A DNA stretch of 24,921 nucleotides from Candidatus Woesearchaeota archaeon (GTDB lineage Archaea > Nanobdellota > Nanobdellia > Pacearchaeales > GW2011-AR1). This document shows positions 16,044 through 24,232 of the stretch, in pieces. The notes beneath the pieces are model-generated. The model was not told the origin of the DNA. It saw only the letters and a list, made by a program, of their open reading frames with translations, and did no database searches. Every line of letters starts with the position of its first letter. Position 1 is the stretch's first letter. Position numbers and translations under genes: made by a program. The stretch is taken from assembly GCA_964639055.1 (NCBI GenBank), contig CAZXBY010000001.1, positions 1 to 24,921 of the forward strand, in the 5' to 3' direction.

Positions 16044-17363
16044 CTAGCAAACTTGGTCTTTGTAGGTCCCCATTGTGATATGTGCTTTAAATGCTCGAAG
16101 CTGATGTTCCGTGAATCCTGAGAATGTTTCAACTATCTCCCTTACTGGTATTCCGTCGGCTAAAAGTTCTATTGCATCTTCTTTCGTTACCTTATCTAAT
16201 TTTTTCTTTCTTGCTCCTGGCTTGTATGAAGAGCCCAGAAATTCTCTTTTAGGGTTCCTAAAAAAAGCGGCTTGTTGGCCGAAGGCTTCTTCCACAAAGT
16301 CTTCCCTTTTTTTTAAAAGTTTGGCACACTTTTTGTGGGAATGTCCAGCTAGGGTTAAAATTTTGCCTGGCCCTTGGAATGTGTAAAAGTCGTCCCTTAT
16401 TCTTGTCCTCGAATCTTCTACTTGCCAACAGTCCATGAGCATTGGAGAGCCCTTATTACTTATGTAGGAGTAGGCGGTATGATCCTTTAAGTAATAAGAT
16501 TTCATTACAAACATCCAAAGATGATACATGAAATCTGGACTGAGATTTTTTCTTTTTGCTGAGTCAATCATCTCGCCCCATGTTTTACCTCGATAAAAAG
16601 CAGACCTTGCCAACTTTTCATAAAAATCTCTTCCTTCCATTTTAAGGCCTTCCTCGCCTTGAGCTTGAGCCAAATCATTGATATATCCCCTAAACCCAGC
16701 AGCATTTTTTGATAAAGGTTCTAACTTGAAAGGGTCTAGTGCTCCTTCACCCCAGGTCAAAGAGGAAAAAATTCCACTTTGAATTCCGTAAGATCTTGCA
16801 TTCTTAATTTTTACATCTTGAGCTTCCATTTTATCAAGAGTCCCAGCTGGATCTTTTGCGAAGTCGTCGTATCCAAGACCTGAAGCTCTTAACTGTTCTA
16901 CGAATAAAAGGTCCTGTGAAGCGAACTTGCCTTCTCTTGCCCCGTAATAGTTTGTAATGAGTGTACCACGTTTCCCTAAAAGTTTTCTTCCGGCTATTAA
17001 ATCAATAGCATATCTTTGCCTTCCACCGAAGTTGGAAGTGTAATCTAGGCTTATTATATCGAAAGTTCTATTCGTTTGTTGCAAGAAACTTATATCATCA
17101 GTGCATACAGCTTCTATTCCAAGGCCGGCGTCTTGTAATCTGTGTGCCTTTTTTTTATCATATTCCAATCCAGTAATGTTCTCCCTAGGTATGTTAAGAG
17201 GGTCATAAACCTCTTTAACTTCCAAGGCTTCTTGTCCCTGGGCCTCTGCCCCAGGAAAGCAAAGAACACTTAATTTTGATGGCCTTGCATAGTTTCTACC
17301 AATAAATTCTCTTATTCTGTCCCTAGAAACGCTTTTCGCGGGATCAATGTATGTTGTTTCCAT
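16044..17363 (-). CDS. Putative class I SAM-dependent methyltransferase-like protein with C-terminal HTH-like domain
   Basis: Rossmann-like motifs LSVLCFPGAE, ITGLEYD and FDIISLDY. C-terminal KEDAIELLADGIPVREIVETFSGFTEHQLRAFKAHITMGTY follows a basic linker. TATA box 21 nt upstream. Confidence 0.6.
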   Translation of the reverse strand: METTYIDPAKSVSRDRIREFIGRNYARPSKLSVLCFPGAEAQGQEALEVKEVYDPLNIPRENITGLEYDKKKAHRLQDAGLGIEAVCTDDISFLQQTNRTFDIISLDYTSNFGGRQRYAIDLIAGRKLLGKRGTLITNYYGAREGKFASQDLLFVEQLRASGLGYDDFAKDPAGTLDKMEAQDVKIKNARSYGIQSGIFSSLTWGEGALDPFKLEPLSKNAAGFRGYINDLAQAQGEEGLKMEGRDFYEKLARSAFYRGKTWGEMIDSAKRKNLSPDFMYHLWMFVMKSYYLKDHTAYSYISNKGSPMLMDCWQVEDSRTRIRDDFYTFQGPGKILTLAGHSHKKCAKLLKKREDFVEEAFGQQAAFFRNPKREFLGSSYKPGARKKKLDKVTKEDAIELLADGIPVREIVETFSGFTEHQLRAFKAHITMGTYKDQVC

Positions 17364-17424
17364 AGAAAGTCTTCTGATTAACTATATTTAAAATTAACTA
17401 CTCTAAAGTCATTACATATAAAAA

Positions 17425-18543
17425 TTACTGTTTGTAAATAAACTTTTCTACTAAAGCTGGTGCTTTTTCTCTTCGTTTCTGGTGTTGTTCTAAGATATTA
17501 TTTATTTTTTCTATTATTATCTTTTTTACTTCGCCACTTAATAATTCACCTTTTCTGTATTTATTATGAATTTCTGTTAGTATCTTATCATCTTCTTCAA
17601 AATAGATTAACCATTGACACGCTATATCTACTTCTACGTTTCCACCTTTTTTTCTGTGTTCTTCTATTGTTTCTTTTCCGCCAGAAAAAGCGTGTTTGTT
17701 TATTTTTCTTTTTACTTCATTTTTTGTGTCGGTCATTATTATCGTTTTGTCTGCTGATGAACTACTACCTTTAGCGTCCATTCCGGTTAGGGCTGGAAGC
17801 ATTTTGCTGTGCATTATTGATGGCTTATAGTATCCTAACTTTTCTATTACATCTCTTGAAATTCTAAAGTGAGGGTCTTGATCAACTCCAAGGGGGATTA
17901 GACATCTTTGTTTTTCGCCTGTTAAAACGGATGGTAAGAATGCTGGAACTGTCTGCATTGAGGTGTAAAAAATGCTTCCTATATTGTTTGAATCGGTAAA
18001 CCCAAAGGATGATTTTATGGTTGAAAATGTTATCTTTTTTGCTACTTTTACGGCTTCAGGATACATTATTCCTGCATGTTTTGTGTCTATTAAAAAATTT
18101 GTTTTGTCTGGATTAAAACCAAAAGCTATTACATCTAATATATTTTCATCTGTCCATTTTTGGATTTCATCCCATGTCTTGTTTTTGTAGAGAAATTTTT
18201 CGTCATCTGTAAATTGAAACCAGACTTCGCAATTAAATTTATCTTGTAGCCATTTCACGAATGACCAAATTATGTAATGACCAATATGGATTGGGCCTGA
18301 AGGACCACATCCGGTGTAAATATATACTTTTTTTCCATTTTCAAAGTCATCTAAGAATTTTTCAAGATCTCTGTGAGCAAAGAATACGCCTCGCCTTAAA
18401 AAAGGATGAACTTCTCCAGTTATTTTCTCTATTCGCTTTATGAGATCTTGGTTTATTGGGTTTAGTCCAAATTCTGTAATTAAACGATTATAATCTACTG
18501 TTCCTGAAACCTCATATGGATTTACTATTTGCTTGTCTGACAT
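17425..18543 (-). CDS. trpS: Tryptophanyl-tRNA synthetase, archaeal/eukaryotic type
   Basis: VDYNRLITEFG, YTGCGPSGPIHIGH (HIGH), TDDEKFL, GVDQDPHFR and HAFSGGKETIEEHRKKGG. The KMSKS position reads KGSSS. Confidence 0.97.
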   Translation of the reverse strand: MSDKQIVNPYEVSGTVDYNRLITEFGLNPINQDLIKRIEKITGEVHPFLRRGVFFAHRDLEKFLDDFENGKKVYIYTGCGPSGPIHIGHYIIWSFVKWLQDKFNCEVWFQFTDDEKFLYKNKTWDEIQKWTDENILDVIAFGFNPDKTNFLIDTKHAGIMYPEAVKVAKKITFSTIKSSFGFTDSNNIGSIFYTSMQTVPAFLPSVLTGEKQRCLIPLGVDQDPHFRISRDVIEKLGYYKPSIMHSKMLPALTGMDAKGSSSSADKTIIMTDTKNEVKRKINKHAFSGGKETIEEHRKKGGNVEVDIACQWLIYFEEDDKILTEIHNKYRKGELLSGEVKKIIIEKINNILEQHQKRREKAPALVEKFIYKQ

Positions 18544-18659
18544 GATTGATTTAAGTTATTATAATTTATAAAAGTGTTTGTTGTCTCTCTTTGTTTGTCT
18601 GTCACTTAATAGTAATAACCTATAGGAAGTTTTATAAAGGCAAAAACCAGGTATTTCAT

Positions 18660-19085
18660 ATGGAAATAAGCGAAATACCTGGAAATACCTATCAAGGCGG
18701 GTTTTCTAATGAAGATTCTTTGAATACCTTGGGCAAGGTAAAAATAGACTCCTTAAAAGAGAATATCAATGAAATAGAGGATCAACTTAGTGAAAGACAG
18801 GATATTAGTTCTGAGTTTGAAAAAGAGGGAGAAAAGATGAAAAGAGACATTAATAATTTTTTATCTGAAAATTCACCTAAGGGTGAAGATGATTCTGAAT
18901 TTGCACGAGAAAGAGCAGAATTAAGGCGAAAAAAGATTGAGATTAGCGAAATGCAGTTGAATGAGAAGGTTAATTGCTGGAAAGATGTTGTTCTTTTAAA
19001 AAAGGATTTAAGAGAAAAGCAAAAAGAACTTTTTGAGAGAGAGAACAGAATGGAGACAATTAATCAAATTTTAGGAGATAAATAA
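18660..19085 (+). CDS. Coiled-coil protein, about 141 aa; first gene of the ATPase operon
   Basis: ATG 18660 is 21 nt after GAAGTTTTATAAA (18626-18638). Long heptad-like E/K-rich helices surround EKVNCWKDVVLLKKDLRE. Confidence 0.85.
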   Translation: MEISEIPGNTYQGGFSNEDSLNTLGKVKIDSLKENINEIEDQLSERQDISSEFEKEGEKMKRDINNFLSENSPKGEDDSEFARERAELRRKKIEISEMQLNEKVNCWKDVVLLKKDLREKQKELFERENRMETINQILGDK

Positions 19086-19086
19086 T

Positions 19087-19413
19087 ATGGCTACCAGATA
19101 CCATTTTGGAGACATAAATACGCTTGATTCTTCTCAGGTTAGGAGTGCGGTTGAAAGAGCGGAAAGGGACATAACTGATGTTTTAGACGTTTTTTTAAAC
19201 GATGGTGTTTCTTTGGGAGCTAAGCCTTCTGTAAGGATTGAAGATTTAAATGGATACTATGCTGATGTTAGGGATAGACTTGAAGAATTAGGAGAGGCTT
19301 ATTTTGAAAAACAAGGAGAACATCCTCCTAAATATGAAGGAGCTATTAGAAAAGTTGATATTATTTTGGGACATTTACAAGATTTAGAATCTCGTCAGGA
19401 AGGTTCAAGATGA
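19087..19413 (+). CDS. Hypothetical acidic helical protein, 108 aa
   Basis: Starts 1 nt after the upstream stop, has GGAG upstream, and has an ATGA overlap with the ATPase. Confidence 0.8.
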   Translation: MATRYHFGDINTLDSSQVRSAVERAERDITDVLDVFLNDGVSLGAKPSVRIEDLNGYYADVRDRLEELGEAYFEKQGEHPPKYEGAIRKVDIILGHLQDLESRQEGSR

Positions 19414-21671
19414 TAAGTCAGAGAGCGTTAACAGCTGAAGATATTTGCCAAAAGCTTAAACCTATTTATGGGAATAAGATTGACAAAATTTATTTTAATT
19501 ATGCTACTAGCGAAAGCAGGGAAGCAAAAGAAGAACTTCTGTCAATGATGAACGCACTTTATCAGAAGCATTTTAATGAACTTTTAGGACAGAAGATGCT
19601 TTTGTCTCCACCCAATGGAAAGGACGTTCAAGGAGACTATAAAATTGGCGAAGTTATGTATGGAAAAAATAATGTTTGCTCATTTTCCTTGAGAGAAAAG
19701 GATTTTCCTAGGCATGTTTGTATTAGTGGAATGAGTGGTAGTGGGAAGACTACACTTGCATTTAATGTTCTTGAATCTTTAACTGCAAAAGATAAACCAT
19801 TTTTGGTTTTTGATTGGAAGAAATCTTTTAGGCCTCTTTTAGCTAAGGATGAAAAAATTGCGTGTTTTACTATTGGCGACAATAAATTGGCTAATAACTT
19901 TAAGTTGAATTTAAATCAACCGCCTAAAGGAATTGCTCCGAAAGAATGGATTACAATTATTTGTGATTTGATTGCTGAGAGTTTTTTTGTTTCTTATGGT
20001 GTTCATAAGATTCTTCTTGAGACTTTGGATGAATCATTTAAGGAGTGGGGAATTTATAGTGGAAGCAACAATTATCCTACTTGGAATCACATCAAATGGA
20101 GACTTGAAGAGAAATTAGAAAAATCTAAAAGTAGAGCACAGGGTTGGATTGAATCAGCGTTAAGGGTTGCAACAGTTTTGACATTTGGAGATTTTGGTGA
20201 GGTTATGAATTATAAGGGCGGAAAAAGTGTTTCTGTTGAGGATATCATGAAGGGCAGGGTTATCTTTGAAATGAATTCACTTGGTAGTATTGAGAAAAAA
20301 TTCTTTTGTGAGTTTATTTTAATGTATATTTACAAGTTAAAAAAGGCTGGAGCAAACGGCATTGAGAATAGTTTTGATTATGCTATTTTAGTTGATGAAG
20401 CCCATAATATTTTTTTAAAGGATAAGACTAATTTTACTCAGGAATCTGTTACTGATATGATTTATAGGGAGATGAGAGAGTATGGTATTAGTTTAATTTG
20501 TTTAGATCAACATATTTCAAAACTTTCTGATACTGTTAAGGGAAACAGTGCTTGTCATATTGCTTTTCAGCAACAATTACCTGACGATATCGACGCTATT
20601 AGTCGTTTGATGCATTTATATGACCAGAAGGAATTATTTTCAAGTTTAAAGGTTGGTAGTGCTGTTGTTAAACTGAGTGAGAGGTATACTAAGCCGTTTT
20701 CTATTCAAGCTCCTTGGACTGACATTAGAAAGTTAAAAGTTAGCGAGAGTGATATTAAGGGAAGAGTTCAAAGATTTTTAATGGGGAATGAATTTGTTAA
20801 CAATACTGATAAACAATTTAATGAAGAATTAAAGGCTGGAAAAAGCTTTGACTTGAATAAATTATTTTCTAAGATTCATTTGCCGAAGTTAAATTTAAGA
20901 GCTACTCAGAGTGAAGTTGTTAGTAATCCCTCTAACATTAGTTATCTTAATGATAATCCTGAAAAAGACCCCACAAAACCTTTAATCAATCTTAAGGGTA
21001 ATCTTGTTTATGATGCTGAGAAAGAACCTGAAAGTTCTCTTTCTGAAGAGGAAACTGTTTACGCTACTATTAAGAAGAAAATTGATAATGGAGAAGAGTT
21101 GAATGATATTGAAAAGAAATTAGAGTTTATCTATAATCCTGTAGCTGTTAATAAGGCGGTTAACAGGGTTTTTGAGGAACAATTGTCTAAGAAGATGACT
21201 ATTCGGGTTAAAGAAGCTTCTATACCTCAGAATGAGTTCTTTGAGAGTGAAAATAATGAGGGGAAAGGTAAAGAGGAAAAAACTATTATTGAAGAAGTTC
21301 CTATGTCAATAGATGGTAAAAGTGATTTTTTGGTTCCTAAGATGCCTTTAATGCTATCTGAATCAGGTATACCAATAGAAAAATGTAATATGCCTCTTAA
21401 ACATAGGGGAAACAAGGGCGAACAAAAGCTTTATAAAACGTCATTATCTAGTAGTAAACACAGAGGTTTAAGCGATGAGGAGAGTAAATTCATTACTTTT
21501 CTTGAATCAAATCCAGACCATGGATTAACAACGGTTAATCTGTATAAGGCAGTTGGTTTTTCTCCAAGAAAGGGGAATAAAATCAAGAACCTTTTAGTAG
21601 GAAAAGAGTTATTAAAGGTTCAAGAGATTAAGTACAACAAGGGCTGGAAAAAGATTATTAGATTAAACTAA
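19410..21671 (+). CDS. HerA/VirB4/TraG-like (FtsK-HerA superfamily) P-loop ATPase with C-terminal winged-helix-like domain
   Basis: FPRHVCISGMSGSGKTT (Walker A), ILVDEAHN (Walker B), EMREYGISLICLDQH, and VKGNSACHIAF. The C-terminal about 65 aa read LSDEESKFITFLESNPDHGLTTVNLYKAVGFSPRKGNKIKNLLVGKELLKVQEIKYNKGWKKIIRLN. Confidence 0.9.
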   Translation: MISQRALTAEDICQKLKPIYGNKIDKIYFNYATSESREAKEELLSMMNALYQKHFNELLGQKMLLSPPNGKDVQGDYKIGEVMYGKNNVCSFSLREKDFPRHVCISGMSGSGKTTLAFNVLESLTAKDKPFLVFDWKKSFRPLLAKDEKIACFTIGDNKLANNFKLNLNQPPKGIAPKEWITIICDLIAESFFVSYGVHKILLETLDESFKEWGIYSGSNNYPTWNHIKWRLEEKLEKSKSRAQGWIESALRVATVLTFGDFGEVMNYKGGKSVSVEDIMKGRVIFEMNSLGSIEKKFFCEFILMYIYKLKKAGANGIENSFDYAILVDEAHNIFLKDKTNFTQESVTDMIYREMREYGISLICLDQHISKLSDTVKGNSACHIAFQQQLPDDIDAISRLMHLYDQKELFSSLKVGSAVVKLSERYTKPFSIQAPWTDIRKLKVSESDIKGRVQRFLMGNEFVNNTDKQFNEELKAGKSFDLNKLFSKIHLPKLNLRATQSEVVSNPSNISYLNDNPEKDPTKPLINLKGNLVYDAEKEPESSLSEEETVYATIKKKIDNGEELNDIEKKLEFIYNPVAVNKAVNRVFEEQLSKKMTIRVKEASIPQNEFFESENNEGKGKEEKTIIEEVPMSIDGKSDFLVPKMPLMLSESGIPIEKCNMPLKHRGNKGEQKLYKTSLSSSKHRGLSDEESKFITFLESNPDHGLTTVNLYKAVGFSPRKGNKIKNLLVGKELLKVQEIKYNKGWKKIIRLN

Positions 21672-21897
21672 TTTTCAAGCCCCGAAGCTTTTGATTTATT
21701 CTTCCAAAATTAAGTAAGGAAGAAAAATAAAAGAGTTTCAAAAAAAGGGTTAAGATAAAATATTGAAGAAGACAAAAGAAACTTAGAAAACAAATCATAA
21801 TTGCTTTAAACAAAAAAGCAAAGGCTTGAGTTAAAAAAACTTTAAGTCTAAATCACAAAATCATATTCAAATATTATTACACAAATCACAAACCACA

Positions 21898-22042
21898 AAC
21901 GACTACACTTCACTTAAGAAATTTTTCTTAAGTATTTACTAACGACTACATAAGAGACTACAAAAAATATAACAAAATATACAACAAAATATATAACAAA
22001 AACCCAAGAAATCCAAAAAAGACTTTCTTGATAACGACTACA
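21898..22042 (+). repeat. Direct repeats AACGACTACA x3 (plus variants)
   Basis: Exact copies at 21898-21907, 21941-21950 and 22033-22042. Variants GAGACTACA at 21954-21962 and AAACTACA at 22111-22118. All are in the same orientation. Confidence 0.85.
21912..21933. repeat. Perfect inverted repeat ACTTAAGAAA-TT-TTTCTTAAGT
   Basis: 10-bp arms with a 2-nt spacer, lying between the first two AACGACTACA copies. Confidence 0.85.
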
Positions 22043-22121
22043 CCGATACGGATGTGAAAAAAACAACAAATCAACAAATCAAATTCTGAGAACTTAACAG
22101 AAAGAATACTAAACTACAAGT

Positions 22122-22191
22122 GAAATACCTTGAAATACCCAATTATGCACAGCGGAATACCCTTTCTATCGACGGAAATACCCGAAATACC
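22122..22191 (+). repeat. Iteron-like direct repeats GAAATACC x4 (+1 variant)
   Basis: Exact copies at 22122, 22132, 22175 and 22184 (two tandem pairs), with GGAATACC at 22154. Confidence 0.85.
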
Positions 22192-22319
22192 ATGAGATAT
22201 ATACTTTTTATGAAAGGATGCCATAATAAAAAAAGAAACCTAAAAAGAATGGAAGAGAAATATTAAGAAAAAACCAATCTTCTTGGAGCTTTAGGCTTTG
22301 AGTGATTAATGATACACTA

Positions 22320-22340
22320 TCTCAAACGAAATGTTTGAGA
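22320..22340. promoter_or_regulatory. Operator-like inverted repeat TCTCAAAC-gaaat-GTTTGAGA
   Basis: Perfect 8-bp arms with a 5-nt spacer, about 90 nt upstream of the first island gene. Confidence 0.4.
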
Positions 22341-22429
22341 AAAAGAGCTTTCAAGTTTTCTTGATCAAATGGATGGTCTAGCTTGAAGCTTAAGCAATTC
22401 TTTTCCACAAAAGGTGAAGGAGAAAAACT

Positions 22430-22954
22430 ATGTCATTTTTGACTGAATCCCTAAATAGGCCTCTTGATGGAACTAATAAGAGTAAGGTTTCAACTTGGAT
22501 TCCGATACTCTTGGTGTTTCTCCTCTCTCTCAACCTTTTTGTTGCCGTGTATAACTTGTTGGAAAATTCCCGTAAGGATGAGGAGAACATTCAGTTCGTT
22601 GTGAACTTTCTGATGGAGAGGGAAAGTGGATGTCGTGTGGAGGTCGGTGAACTTCTTGCTAAAAAAAGGAAACTGAGCAATGAGTTCTCTAAACGACGAA
22701 TCGACAAGGAAGAGCTCTCCTTGGAGGATATTGAGTCACTTAATCTTGAGCTACAGCAGTTCAATACAAGGATGGACGAGATTCAAGAAAGGATGTCTGT
22801 CTGCGAGATTATTATTGCTCGAGATTGGATTGACATTGCACGAATGGTTGACGAAAATGATGGGATTAATTTTCCACTTCCAGCCATTGAAATCATGAAA
22901 GCTTGGCACATACGTCAAAAAGGAGGTGACAACCGAAAAAAGACTGAGACGTAA
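22430..22954 (+). CDS. Membrane-anchored coiled-coil protein
   Basis: AAGGAG 7 nt upstream; single TM (WIPILLVFLLSLNLFVAVYNLL); helical hairpin with two Cys (GCRVE, MSVCE). Confidence 0.8.
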   Translation: MSFLTESLNRPLDGTNKSKVSTWIPILLVFLLSLNLFVAVYNLLENSRKDEENIQFVVNFLMERESGCRVEVGELLAKKRKLSNEFSKRRIDKEELSLEDIESLNLELQQFNTRMDEIQERMSVCEIIIARDWIDIARMVDENDGINFPLPAIEIMKAWHIRQKGGDNRKKTET

Positions 22955-23178
22955 GTTGGGAAGAACTTCCCTTTCATAGTACTGTGGTTAATTCTGCTGA
23001 TCTTATTAAAATAGAGAAGGAGGTAATCCTTGGAGCTAGATGAATGTTGAATTTCCAGTCCATCAATCCCCCCCATCCTAGCTTTGAATAGTCTGGAAAT
23101 TCGTTTTTCTCCCCGTTATGGACAATTTGAACAGAAAGGAGTCTTTTTTTATGAAACTGGAAAAGAGAAGAGGCAAAG

Positions 23179-23664
23179 ATGAATTCTTATATTTCGTTTG
23201 GCGTTTTGTTCGTTGCTGCTGTTTTTGCTCATTGTGCAAATGACGAACAAATGGTCGCATGGGCCGAGGTTCTTGATGTTTTGTCGGCTCTGGTTGTTGT
23301 TTATTACGTCGCTTTTTTGAAAATGAAGCCGAAGACACGATGGCATGGATTCTGGTTAGCGATGTTGACAATCTCAGTAATTACGCCATTCACAATTGTT
23401 TGTGTCTCTGATTTGAGTGGAGCTTGGGGACACAGAGTTAGTCAGGCATTTAGTCCTGATGAAGCTATTGTTGATGTGAGTGATGCGGGGTTGCAATTGC
23501 TTGGTGACGCTAAAGATACTTTCAAGATTCTTTTTAGAGCAGTTGTCATGACTGATCCACAGATTCTTGCAAGTTCAAAAAACCAGGTTCATTGGTGGAT
23601 TGCTTATGTTTTTGCTTTTATAGCGATTTGCTTTCTCATTCACAAAGGTGGCAAAAACCTATAA
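23179..23664 (+). CDS. Multi-pass membrane protein (3-4 hydrophobic segments)
   Basis: Hydrophobic stretches FGVLFVAAVFA, VLSALVVVYYVAFL, FWLAMLTISVITPFTIVCV and WWIAYVFAFIAICFLI. GAGG 5 nt upstream. Confidence 0.8.
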   Translation: MNSYISFGVLFVAAVFAHCANDEQMVAWAEVLDVLSALVVVYYVAFLKMKPKTRWHGFWLAMLTISVITPFTIVCVSDLSGAWGHRVSQAFSPDEAIVDVSDAGLQLLGDAKDTFKILFRAVVMTDPQILASSKNQVHWWIAYVFAFIAICFLIHKGGKNL

Positions 23665-23715
23665 AAAAACCTAAACCAATCTATCATTCCTTTTCACTAT
23701 TGGGAGGTCAATTAA

Positions 23716-24060
23716 ATGACAACTTTTTCAAAGAACACTATTCAGGACATTCTCCTAACGAGAGATGAAGAACAAATATGTAGAGCTTTTAAGGAAATCA
23801 AGTCATCATTTGCCTTTCTTATTGGGCAAGGGATGGGTGTAATTGAACGGATTCCCGAGATAAATTTGGCTTCCATTGGCTTCTATGACATTAGAGAAAG
23901 ATGGAGTTCTCTTGATCAAAGATGTTTAAAGAAAATGAAGGCCAAAGAAAATATACGTGGAGAGCTTCTCTCTGGTGAAGACGTCCCTTGTTTGGACTGG
24001 CTTATTCGACTACGTGGTCATTTGAACACGATTCAGAGGCTGCTTATTGGTATGAATTAG
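23716..24060 (+). CDS. Hypothetical helical protein, 114 aa
   Basis: GGGAGGT 7 nt before the ATG. No family recognised. Confidence 0.75.
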   Translation: MTTFSKNTIQDILLTRDEEQICRAFKEIKSSFAFLIGQGMGVIERIPEINLASIGFYDIRERWSSLDQRCLKKMKAKENIRGELLSGEDVPCLDWLIRLRGHLNTIQRLLIGMN

Positions 24061-24139
24061 CTGGAAGAAAGAACAAGTTCCTCTGGAATCAAAGGATCAA
24101 CTCGTTGTTTGTTTATTCAACTGTAACAAGGAGAAAGAC

Positions 24140-24232
24140 ATGAAGTCGTCAGGATTGACAAGGATGCAATGGATATTGTTGCTTTTGGATTTTGCTCTTG
24201 GGAGTATTGTAGCGAGCAGCCTAATCCCATAG
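24140..24232 (+). CDS. 30-aa hydrophobic peptide (below the ORF-track cutoff)
   Basis: AAGGAG 6 nt before the ATG. Sequence MKSSGLTRMQWILLLLDFALGSIVASSLIP*. Confidence 0.6.
   Translation: MKSSGLTRMQWILLLLDFALGSIVASSLIP

Noticed and set aside
18660-21671. Known HerA systems (NurA-HerA repair, Sir2-HerA or nuclease-HerA defence) or a complete type IV secretion locus
   Set aside because: No NurA, Mre11, Rad50, Sir2 or nuclease motifs in the partners, and no relaxase or multi-TM mating-pair genes in the operon.
21898-22191. Possible CRISPR array
   Set aside because: Repeats are only 8-10 nt with irregular spacing (43 and 92 nt; 10, 22, 21 and 9 nt), the intervening DNA is low-complexity, and no cas genes are present.
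22120-22266. 48-codon GTG ORF running through the GAAATACC repeats
   Set aside because: No SD or TATA at suitable spacing, and its content derives from the repeats and A-rich low-complexity DNA.
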